Of a stretch of 64,000 bases of DNA, positions 24,901-36,000 are shown piece after piece; position 1 is the first letter of the stretch; each line of letters starts with the position of its first letter. The position numbers and the translations under genes were made by a program. Under the pieces are notes generated by a model that had not been told where the DNA came from, did not search any database, and was given only the letters and a program-made list of their open reading frames with translations. This stretch comes from Phoronis australis. Its lineage: Eukaryota; Animalia; Phoronida. The stretch lies in NCBI GenBank assembly GCA_002633005.1, contig NMRA01000162.1, forward strand, positions 254,255 to 318,254. The letters run 5' to 3'.

Positions 24901-27382
24901 TCAGGTAAAACACAAGTCGATCTAAAGTCCGTTCAGCGAAAGTGACCATAGGTTTGACTACATTTTTTTACTTAAGTTTTGTCTTAAGTTTGATGTAACT
25001 CAACGGATGTGGGAGTTTCAAAGTTTGGAGGTTGAAACAAACCTTGGCTTTAATAAGTAAAAATGAACTTAAAGTTAGTTTCTTGAAACCGGCCCAATGA
25101 CTACAAAACTTTACTCAAGTCTTGACTTGCCTCGACAAATTAACCAATTGCCGGGTACAATTCCTGTAAACGTTCAATTTCGGTGATGCGACTGTTCAAT
25201 TGACTAATCAAGTTTCGAGTAAGGTTGTTAGTCACGGGACAGGTGTAGTGTAATACAGTTGCATAAGGTCAATAAAACTGAGCCACGAAAAGCCAAAACA
25301 AAAGGTTGACACCAGTATCCAGCGTGCCAACTTCTGCAAACACACAAAATGTGAAATTTTGTTAAAATCACGACTCTCGTTTCTTACCAACGAACGACAG
25401 TTAAGATACATAGCATAGAACTGTGGTTAGAACTAATTTGAAATTGAATGAGTGTGAATTAACTTTACGACCATGTTTGGGTGAATGCCTTTTTAAAATT
25501 TTCAAATCCAAAATGCACGTTGAATTACACAACAAACCCCAAATGTTTTCACCAAAGACTTCAGCTACGTCTTAGTGAAAACACCTTGTGCAAGCCAAAT
25601 TTCAGATTCACCACATTACACCCAATGAACAGAACACAGAACCAGGATTTAAACTACCATCAAATTAGTTGTGCCTTTACTTATGAGTACTAAAAGGAGT
25701 CCATGTTTTTGTTTCCATGGCGATAAGCACGCCAGCCTTTAAGGCTCTCTAAAAGTTTTACCATGGGCTTGTCATAGAATGGGAAGCCCTGCATGGAACG
25801 CAGTGCATTGGTCGAACTGTTGATGTCTTTGAAGATAACAAATGCTTGGCCACGCATCTTGAGTGTCTTAGATGCGACTATGTCGTAGATTGGACCAAAC
25901 TGTGAGAAGATGGCGTACAATGACTTCTTCAATTCTGAAAACAAACATAATTAGGTTTCAATGTAATTATAGACACGCACCATCTTTCTGCATCATATTT
26001 CCACTCATGAAACAAGTGTGTCATTGCTAAGCAACAAGAAGGTCAACAGCACTTGTGATGACTTGGAACATCTACTCTTAAGTTGACTTGGGGCAGTCCA
26101 TCAACTTAAGTATTTTCGCCCCAACAAGTGCCCTTCAAGTGTGCTGAGTTCTATGATCACACGGTAGTCACAGACAGCAATATTGTCCATCAAAGGTCCT
26201 GTATGCGACTGCACACAGAAGAGCATTTTCCCTCATGGAGACATGAAAATCAAAAACGGGACAAAACTGAGCAAATACGATAGATTTGCAAAATGTCATT
26301 GATATGCACTATGGGAATCCATAAACACACTAGTTTGAAGCCCCTTTGAAATAAAGCAGCAGTAGCGTACAGGTAATTTCTTTATCCCCACGATAATCAA
26401 GAACGAGCCAAACTTATGGAAAATAGAGTCAAATCACAAACACCGACGACTTATGACTTTTCGTAGGCAGAGGAAGATTATTTTATAAAAACGAGCATTT
26501 CCATAATATGTGAAAATCAAGAATGGGCTAAAATTCTGGAATATATGGACAAATCGCAAATTGCTGATAATATGCATTACGGCACTTTGTAAGCGTACTT
26601 GCTTGAAAGCTTGGTAAAAATCTCCTGAGAAATGTATCATATATTTTAGGCGAAATTTGTAATGAAATGTCACTGCCTCACTCTTCCCAAGTATCCGAAA
26701 GCAGTTGGTGCGGCGGGTTACTTACTTAAGGGACCAACTAAGGGACCATTTTTTTTTCAATTATTCAGTTCCAAGAACTAGGGAATTGCAACTTCAACAG
26801 AAACACTGGTGTGAGCAACAACTTTCTATGATTTTTTCTACTACAGCAGGAAAAAAACTTGATTTTCAAACGAGACTCAAAGCTTTAAATCCTAAGCTGC
26901 TTAAGATTTCCAAATATGGCTCAGAACTACTCAGCATGGAGCAGCACCCTGCCTCCATGGATACACGTAGGATAGCAATAATAAACCAGTGTTCTCCACT
27001 ACCTATTTTGAATCATTACTGCATCGAGTTTAAATTTTGCCGTGACGAGTTTGGCTCACTTGCCTAGAGTTTAAAAACCTGTACGAGTTTGAAACATAGG
27101 GAGTTTAGTCATTGCCTAAGCAAATTAGGACAAGTGGGCTTTTAGTACCACTTCAGTGCATTTATTTCGAACTCCCAATAATATACGCATTGATTTTGAA
27201 TACATGTACATGAATTTCGATATTTTGGTCGAGTTTGCATTTTCTTTTGTGCAGAACACTGAACCATGAAACCATTAATGCACAAAACACTTTTCACCTC
27301 GCTGTAAGGAATGCTTACCTTCTTTTTTGACTTTCTCATTGAGGTTGTTGATGTAAATTGTTTGGTTGGGTGGATTCTGCAT
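21820..27382 (-). CDS. snf: U1A/U2B''/SNF (URB) family spliceosomal two-RRM protein; coding exons 27382-27319, 25934-25762, 24683-24559, 24210-24146, (cassette 23910-23875), 23399-23279, 21979-21820; 235 aa, 247 aa with cassette
   Basis: RRM1 [30 protein letters not shown]...[10 protein letters not shown]; RRM2 [46 protein letters not shown]...MKISYAKK*. All GT-AG introns in phase. Homolog of SNRPA/SNRPB2. Confidence 0.95.
22650..23163. mobile_element. hAT-like MITE (514 bp) with 6-bp TSD
   Basis: TIRs CAGGGCTTGGAAT / ATTCCAAGCCCTG; ACTAAT on both flanks; subterminal GCGGAAA repeats. Confidence 0.8.
23279..23399 (-). CDS. snf: U1A/SNF exon (linker and RRM2 N-half)
   Basis: [40 protein letters not shown]; GTAAGT donor. 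Confidence 0.95.
23875..23910 (-). CDS. snf: Candidate 36-nt in-frame cassette exon in the inter-RRM linker
   Basis: GATACAG|AGACG...GAAATG|GTAAGG; phase 1-1, open frame [12 protein letters not shown]; weak polypyrimidine tract. Confidence 0.5.
24146..24210 (-). CDS. snf: U1A/SNF linker exon
   Basis: [21 protein letters not shown]; TCTTCACAG acceptor, GTAAAT donor; phases 2/1 bridge the neighbouring exons. Confidence 0.85.
24559..24683 (-). CDS. snf: U1A/SNF exon (end of RRM1, helix C, basic region)
   Basis: [41 protein letters not shown]. Confidence 0.9.
25762..25934 (-). CDS. snf: U1A/SNF exon (RRM1 core)
   Basis: [58 protein letters not shown]. Confidence 0.97.
27319..27382 (-). CDS. 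snf: U1A/SNF first coding exon (exon starts at 27391 after an acceptor, so the 5' UTR is spliced)
   Basis: [21 protein letters not shown]; GTAAGC donor; TTGTTTCAG acceptor 9 nt before the ATG. Confidence 0.93.
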
Positions 27383-27486
27383 CTTGATGTTCTGAAACAA
27401 CATTTCATTGGTTAAGAATCACTCACTACAGTTGGTTGGGTGGATTCTGCATCTTAATGTCCTAAAAAAACATTTCATTGGTTAAG
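27362..27486. repeat. Tandem duplication (70-nt offset) of the SNF acceptor and start codon
   Basis: TTGGTTGGGTGGATTCTGCATCTT(G/A)ATGT...CATTTCATTGGTTAAG at 27362-27416 and 27432-27486. Confidence 0.9.
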
Positions 27487-28927
27487 TCACCCATTACATT
27501 TCACTGATGGCACTGATCTTGGGCCACAAAACAGACATACTAGGTTTTGAATAAACACCATGTCTGCAGAATACACAATCATTCACTGCAGTGAAACATT
27601 ACCTCAAACATTACCAGCAATCTAATCACAGCCCAACCAGCTTTGGTTGCAAAATCAGCAATTTTAAAGATGGCTGTGTTATGAAAATCTATACAAAATA
27701 AGCAATTTAATATAAATAAGGCCAAAATTACTAATTTCACGACTAGACCACCATCACTCAATCATGCAAGAATAACACTTAAACTCCAAAATAATTTAAT
27801 CGATTTATTTTGGTGGAACATAGAATCCTGTTTATGTTTTTAACTCAAAAAGAAAAAAAGAAACTAACTATTAAATTGCAAGACTGTCCTAACTCAGGAG
27901 CTCAAATCCAGGCTGTATTTGAATAAAATTGTGGTTAAGAATTTGACACTAAATATTTACAATGAGGATTTAGTGCACGTTGATTTTAAAATGGCTTCAT
28001 TATTAAGTAATGGAACATGTTGTAGCTACTGCTGGGGTTGTCATACCAACCAATTTATGGCAAATTATTGCAATATATATCTTGGAAACGATGTGGATTA
28101 GAAACTGTGGATTAATCAACCTGACCCAAAATTTTTGTAATTAAAAATTGCACTTCCTTTGTTTAACTGAATTAGTTACACAACTACTAGTACCCATGCT
28201 ACAATATTGCCATTCTATCGTTATTCTGTTGTTGAATTTGTGGAGCGATACTATGTTGGCTTTGAGCACCATGGAAAAGAGCGCAAAATATTTTGCCAAA
28301 TTGCTTTTTTCAACAATTCTCCAATCAAATGTTCTTCTTTCTCAATTTTAGGTTGCGTACACTTCACAACAACTTACTTAGTTTTTAGTACTTTATTACC
28401 AGAAAACCAAATTTCTGAGCAAATTTGGTTCGGCAAACTTGCCATCATTTCTTGGACGATACTGCAAAAATTTAGTAAATGGCATGTGGGTGAGGCATGA
28501 ACAGCTTTCAAGCTTAAATTCAATGGAATTTTGTTATTTTAGATGTTTTAGGCTAACCAGGTAGTCCTAGCAAAGCCTTAGTAAAACAAGAAAACGTGAG
28601 GTCAATCACGCAAATGTAAGCCAGTCACCAAGAGATCCCAGCACAAACAACAAAAGGTCGGTGTATTAAATAGGGGTCTGAATAGAACACCATTGTGTAC
28701 GGGTGTTATTCGCAGCGGTTTTAAATAAAAGGTGATTCTCACGGTGACGAAATCAAAAGCAACAGTTCCTTACATTAGGCAATTTATGGCAGTAGTAATC
28801 TCAGAGCAATGCTCCTAACATACTGTATCAACCAAATTTACACGTGTTACCATACAAGATAGGCTTTGAAGTTGAGGATAGAGCTTTCTATAAAAGCTGG
28901 AGAATGATACAAGAAAATGACATTTAA

Positions 28928-29808
28928 AGGGGAAGGCAACCCTTTTTCATGTCATTCTTAGCAAAAATAAGATTCATTGATTATCCCAGACATATTTTTC
29001 ACTTAATTACAGCTTTTCGCAATTTAATTAATAATTCCTCCTCTACTCCGGAAGTGACGTTTTGGGAGGCAAACATTTTGTGCCAATTTCTTTTTATATA
29101 GTCTGACTGTGAGAGCTGTCGAGTCGGTCATTGTTCTACCTCGGTTGTGATAAGTTCGGTCGTCATTTGCTTTTGCTTAAGAGTCAGTCAACATGCCACA
29201 CTGTTGCTGCTTACCGGGATGTACTCCTTATTTCCCAGAGCCTGTAAACATCCCTGCTGCGATGTTGAGTAGTGGGAGTGAATAGAGACCCAGTTAGACA
29301 CCGAGTGAAGAGGACAGCTCGTCGTCCAATGGTGAGCCAAACATTGATAAGTTAATTGTGGACTTGTACAAAGTATTGGAGCGATTTTGAAGCTGCCAGG
29401 TGTGTGGCGAGGGAGTCACACGGCGGGATGTAAGCAATTTGTGTGTTCAGGTAACCATCCAGCGGGAGCGTGTCGCAGGACACTCGGGCAAGTGGGAAGT
29501 TGTTCCTATGTCCGTGAGAAGATAATGAGTACATCCCGGCACGCAGCAACTGTGCGGCATGTTCACTGACTCGTAAACAAAAGCAAACGACGACCGAACT
29601 TATCACAACCGAGGCAGCTCTCACAGTCGGTCTATAAGTCTGAAGAGAAACTGGCCCAAAATTCTTGTCTCCCAAAACGTCACTTTCGGAGTAGCAGACA
29701 AGTAATAGTTTAAATTATAAAAAGCTGTAATTTACTGAAAAATATGTCTGGGATAATTAACGAACCTTATTTTTGCTAAAAATGAGATGAAAAAAGTTGC
29801 CTTCACCT
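28928..29808. mobile_element. Kolobok-type non-autonomous DNA transposon
   Basis: TTAA|AGGGGAAGGCAAC ... GTTGCCTTCACCT|TTAA (TTAA TSD, AGG termini), long imperfect TIRs, internal THAP-like start MPHCCCLPGCT near 29193. Confidence 0.8.
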
Positions 29809-32742
29809 TTAATACATTGCTTTTCACTTAATTGCTGCAATGGGCAACGTCAACGTCCGTTGACTCCAAGATTTTGCAAAAACCCCTGCCTTGCGCTCTA
29901 TATTTTGATAAATGTTTCATGACAACGTAATGATCTGGAACCCATAGAATTACAGGCATCGATTCTTAGCTGTATTTTGGTATGTGTTAATCACAACACG
30001 GTGCATACCTATGCATGCTTCATTTGACATTATTCGCTGTTTGAAATAAATAACTTTTTATGGGGTTATGCCATCACCTGTGGATGCCACAAGCCTCCAC
30101 AGGGAATGTAATTACCTGGTAGTTGTCACAGCATGCAAGACACCCCTAATTTTAGTACAAGCAAAAAAAGCCGTCCAGGCAAATTCGTTTGCCGAGTTCA
30201 CCAGCTTTTCTCTTTGGGTATCATTTACATTATTTTCGCCTCTTAAAATGTGGTTCGCTGACCTCAGTTCCCAGTTCCCGACCTGCAAATTTTGGCAGAT
30301 CACGTGCAGCAAGATGCTGTTCTGCTAAGGGTCAAGCCCTGAGTGATTATTTTATAATTCTGGTAAATTTCCTAACAGCTGTGAAGGTAGCGTATTCCAA
30401 ATTTGGTAATTGTTTACAATATGAGGATATTGACCTACACACGATTTTGGTATCGCCAGATTCCTCGCATTGCTATCATTTCAAAAACCAACAAAAATGT
30501 CTCCTGCCCCAGTTCCTGGTACTGATACCACCATGTTGCATGGAAGTAGTTATCTGGCGGCCAAAAACTGAAATTATCTATCCTCACCCATATTCTGCAG
30601 AATGTCACTCTTTATTAGTTCAAACTGAGCGATACCTGTCGACTCCAGCCCCGAACTACATTCCCAAATGTTCAAATTCCTATGGTGACCCTAATATGTA
30701 TCTGCTTACAAGAATCTGTGAAAAAAGGTTGTTTTCGAGGTCCAAATTTGAGGAATGGGTCAAATGATCACAGTTCTAAAAATTTATGAATAAGGGTGAA
30801 TTGCTGCCCTTGTTGCTCCATGTTATATCAGGAAAATGTTCGGCGGAACCTCACGGGCAAACACCATTCAGAATCCATGATGCTGTCTTGACGGAACATG
30901 GCAGTGTCAACCAGGAAAAATTGTGAACGGAATGATAGGCAGTGTTCTCCACTACCAATTCCAAACTCGACGCAAATTTCTAGAGTTCAATATCAGTAGT
31001 CAACACTGTCTTTTCTCTAGTCTAAAGCCTTAAGATCTCCACTGTATATTGAACTGGCCAGGTGTGACCTATTTTTTAACACTTTGTAGGGCCTTCACGT
31101 GAAAACCGCGAATCGTGCTCGAAGTGCCCATTAAACTGACGACTGTCTCACGAATAAAAAATTTGTTGTTAAAAGCACTTGGCCAGGAAGCACGCGCTAC
31201 ATACCTGTCACATTGCAGACATTAGTCTTCGGGAACTATCCATGAATCTACGCCAGGTAGCATATCGGCAAGAAATAAATATCGGGCAATAATTTCAGAA
31301 AGTTTCTAATGCCGTAAAAACTGATGTGCTATTTTTAAGGGGGTTTGCTTTGATAATCACTTTTTCAATGTATTCATAATTGGTGTTTTTACGATAAATA
31401 TCTAATAAAATGCCCCACTGATAGTGGACACCTCCACCCCTGAATCTCCCGGAAAATAACTCAGACTGTCACACATTTAGTCACCGGCAACTCAATGACA
31501 TTCGGCCTTAGGCCCTAAAGAGACAATTCTCGCACGTAGTAGATGTGATCAGCAAGTGCTAATCAAAACGTGTTCTCGTGGTACTGCTTGTGTTATTTCT
31601 TTAGTTACAATGCACACCTCTGGCAAATGAACACTGAAGACACACACATGCTCGCTCACTCACACACACAGACGATCTTCAAAACAAAGGTCACGTGACT
31701 ACGACGTGTGTTCGTCCAGAGATTTTTCTCATGTTGCTGGGTACGATCTTGTGCAGGTTTGAACTTATCTTGTTCATAATACCGATCTCCACAGGAACTT
31801 ATAAGCTTAGGAACGCTATTTGGAAAAACTTAAGTGAGGATTTCAGGTAATTTGTCGAAAACTTGAAACTATAACTTTATTCAAGCTGCCCTGTTGATGA
31901 TTGCGAGGCAGCGGCGCATCGGCGAGTTTTCGCCCCGGGATTTCAGCGTGATTTTCTATAGAATGACCGTAACTTAACAACGCAGTTTGATAGCAATGCA
32001 GTGTTTCCTCTGGGTTTTGAAAGGAGCGTGGTGGTGAATGGCCAAAACGGAGTGCAAAGCCCATTGCCGCACACGAATATGAGAAGTGGGATCCCCGCAT
32101 TGCCTAGGTTTTGAAACGAGCATGGTGGTGAATGCTCGACGCGGATGTGGAACCTGGTGCCACATGCAAGTATGGGGGAAGAGAGATCCTCCCATGGGGG
32201 GGTTGTCGCTTAAAGTTACGATGTCGATAACGCCGTCCATCCGGAATTCATCGGCAATTTCTGTGCCGTCCTTGACCTGCGAAGTGTGTTTGGGCTTTTT
32301 GGGAACATTTTTGTGCTTTGACTGCAAATTTCTTGCAAACGCGCTGGAGCAGGACACTGTTAATGGTATAACTAAGAAAGAACAATTTCTCATGGTTTGT
32401 TGAACCCGTTTTGTGTAAATCTGTTGAGTTATTTGTTTAATATGGACGGCTGAATCGAAGCAACCGTGGAATTACTAGCCCCGAGTTTCAAACCTAGTAG
32501 TATTATATGTACCTTGTATTGGGGACGATCAGAAGCTGAGTCGAGGACGCCTGTGCCCACAAGTTCCGGGCCGGGAGAATTTGCAGGACACTGAAAAACA
32601 GTCAGTGCGTGTTTGCTGAAGTCCAAGTTCCAAAAAAGGAAAATAGACAATCCATGTGCCTTTTAAATCCAAAAGATTGAAATGTGTATATTCCGCGCGT
32701 TCGATGACCAAAACACAACAACAAGAAATTTGATTTTTTTAC

Positions 32743-33042
32743 CTGTCGTTCGCTGCCTCTGACTCTTCAATGACGTCTGCCTTAAATCTCGCTTATAGGC
32801 GAGATTGTGACTTACAAGGAACTTATTGTAGAATTATTAGTTTTCAACGTGAGCTTAACACAATTCACGTATACGAAAGCGACAAATGTGGCCACACAAG
32901 GACATGAAAGATAGGTTTTCTTTTTCATAAACTGAACCAACTACAATTTTATGAGTAGATGCTGAACGAGATTTCAAAGGTCATGCGCACTCCGGAAAGT
33001 CGCCATATTGGCTGCTGACAGTGGGAGGAAAACACAAAAATG
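32743..33042. promoter_or_regulatory. Probable bidirectional promoter shared by U1A/SNF (-) and VPS26 (+)
   Basis: Minus-strand donor CAG|GTAAAA (exon end 32743) and plus-strand ATG|GTAAAG (33040-33042) are 300 nt apart. Between them: TGACGT (32771), palindrome AATCTCGC..GCGAGATT, ACTACAA (32940), TGCGCA (32984) and YY1-like CGCCATATT (33001). Confidence 0.55.
33040..33042 (+). CDS. VPS26: VPS26 exon 1 (ATG only)
   Basis: CAAAAATG|GTAAAG; exon 2 begins at phase 0 with SFLGFG and lacks a Met. An ATG-only first coding exon is what I recall for vertebrate VPS26A. Confidence 0.7.
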
Positions 33043-36000
33043 GTAAAGATTACTGTAGAATTTCTCTTCGGTTTTTGTTTTCTATTCATGCAAACGTCTC
33101 TGAGACAAACGCATAACTTTCAATTGAATTTACGTCCCAGTTGTCTGCATTTTTTAGCTAGTCTGGCTACTGTTGCACCAGAGTGGACTTGAAAGTGATC
33201 AATTGAGCCATTTGAGGGGGTGTGCAATTTTTACGTGGTGGCCAAGTTGTCAGATGACAAAGTAAAATTGGTTTCGATTTATTTCTCATAACCGGCTGGA
33301 TAAATTCTGACATTCTCTTAATCTTCATAAAGGATTTATCTTAACGCACTTCTTGTCGGATTAGACAAAACGGTTCAAATCAAATTTTTGAAGGCCTTTT
33401 CCAGGAAATCAGAAAGTGCAACACTTTTTTTTCCTGTACAGTCAGTGTGCTGGGCGGCGGCACAGTGAAATAATAATAATATGCCATGTATCTGATGCAT
33501 GTCAGAAGATTTCCTGCAAAATTACGCTTCCTCCTAGCTAAACGACCAGGAAAGACGAAGTGAACATCACTACACCTTTCCAGCGTAGAGTAGAGGGACG
33601 CTTTTGCTGTATTTGCATTTTTTTTCTGAATAGTCCTACATTCCATCAACAAAATGGAATATTGAATACTATTACAATTGATGTTATGCAAGGTCAAATG
33701 GAAACGTACAGTCAACCAGAGGGTCATGGGGAGGTCACCCATCTGCTTAGACAGTGACCACCTGCTGCACCTCCAGCTGGCATCATGTAGCTTTTCGGCA
33801 CATGCCTCCCACTAATTAAAACATATAAATCACAGCTATAAGTACCTCTTGCGCATAGAGGGTCACCTTAGGAGGCTGTCGATGTCTTTAATTTCTTGCA
33901 ACTCTAACAAATACTCTCGTAATCAACTTGGGGAACTGGCTATTTTTAACACTGAACGCCGTGTGGTTTAAAGTCATATTTCCTGGCGCGCACAGTGTTA
34001 ATAATGGCCAGTTCCCGATTTGGGTAACTGAACAAGAATGAAAGTTTCTTGAAGAAAAAGGATGATTACGGGAGTATTGATTAGAGTTGGAAGGAATTGA
34101 AGACATCGACAACCTCTAACGGTGACCCTCTATGCGCAAAATGTACTTTAAATAACAACGTGATTTAGATGTTATAATATGTGTGAGGCATAATTCGTCA
34201 AAAAGCTTCCGGCGTATGAAGCGCCTATAGGAGAATTACCGTCTGTAGTTCAGCTAGTTGAGATGGTGGTCACTGTCTACCATCTGCTAGCCATGCCGAA
34301 AGGATATAGGGGGACCTGTCTATCAGAATTAGTTTTAGATCATTAATGAAACCTACAACGCCTGTGAGTGACTGCAAGTTTTTGACAAATATAATATACA
34401 CTATCCTGGTAGAAAATCTTTCTGTTGATGTGCACATTTCATAACATTAAAAACAATTGATAATTTTCCGTTTATCTTGACATACCTTCAATGTCTCCTG
34501 CGGCGCATTAAAGCCACTTCCGTAGCTCACATTAAAACAGTGGAAGCCTTTATCTATTGTCGTTAAGACTTATAAAAATGTTTCAGTGGATCAGACATAA
34601 CCAGGTACTAAATTCAACCATCGTTTTAAGTTTTACTTTCGCATTTTCAACAGTAACATCACGGAAGAGTAAAGTCCCTCTTGTGGTGGACTTTTGTTGA
34701 CCATGACCTTGGTGGCATGAACTTTGATGGGAGGTCACAAGCCCTAATAAAGTTTTGCGAATGATTATTCTCCTCTGGCAGTTAATTATAGGCATTAGAT
34801 TCATCCATAAGAAGACAAATATTTACTACAGTGACTGTAGTGTGGATCTAAATTGTTTTTTTCATGAAATTACTAGTACTGTTATGGTAATAAAACGAGT
34901 GCGTGATATGCTTTCGATCACTACAAAATTCATCATGTAACGTTTTTGTTGTAATTAAATATTTGTATACATCTTCCTGGTTTATCTAGGTCACTTTTAA
35001 ACTAGGTCAGGCAGAAACAACCAAAATTCTTTTGGTGATTCGTATACTTTCAAAATTGGTGTAAAGATGGTGACTGGGGTATAAGTTTTCTTAAATTCTT
35101 TCTAAGGTCTTCGGGAATCCAATATTTAGTTTATCGTCTCAGAATCCACTCTGAAACAGCTCGGAAGTAGGACAACAACTGTATGTCTGTATACTAGACT
35201 TTATTGCCTGTTTAGTCTTTACTTTTGCGGTTAGATGTGAGTTTCACTATACTCGTAACTACTAGTTGTATTATTATGCTGGCTTCTCAACTGTTGCTCA
35301 ATGTTAAAGTCTAGCAGTTACAGTCATGGAATCTTTGGTGTAACTTGTTATGAATTTCTTGTTCGGATGTGACAAGTCGAATAAACGCTTAGAACTCTAT
35401 AAATTCCCTGTTTGCCAATAGGTTTAAATGCTCAACTTGCACGCCTGTAGCCAGGGCGCAGTAATAGTCATTGACGGCTGGAGATGTAGCATGGAAGCAC
35501 TGCAAATGCTGTGGGCACTTGTCGGATATACTAACTTGTCCCTGACATAGAGAACCAGTTTCATCCAGTGAATAACGGGCATGTATCGTTATTCAAAGAG
35601 TGCCTGGTTTTCTATGTTGCAGAACGCTCTATCCAACCAGAGCCACCGCTAACAGTTGACTTATGATCCATGCAATTCCTATTTCTCATTGAGGAAATGA
35701 AGCTAGAAAGGGCTCGTTGTACTCGGGTGTTGTGCAGCGAAGGCAGTGGGTTATTGTGTTCGGCGTAGCTTCAGAAGCTTTTACGCAGCTTGTGTCACTC
35801 TCTGTCGTAACCATGAAAGTCATGTCATTTTCGGTACCTTTCATGCGTATTTTTCGGATCATCGTTTGACTCTGGCATTGCATATGTCTTTCAATCTGTA
35901 AAAAAGTGTATGCATCTGTACCGTTCTTCTCAATTTCCATTATTTAGTTGGCTTTTTATGCGCCCACATATTTATATGTGGACGCATTATGCCGTCATCT

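Noticed and set aside
30189-30767. 192-aa ORF, the longest in the track
   Set aside because: No recognisable domain, antisense within the putative first SNF intron, and overlaps repeat-like sequence shared with about 40700.
31203-31210. Strong minus-strand donor CAG|GTATGT as an extra SNF leader exon
   Set aside because: Lies in an inverted fragment of the Tc2-like repeat (matches about 20460-20600).
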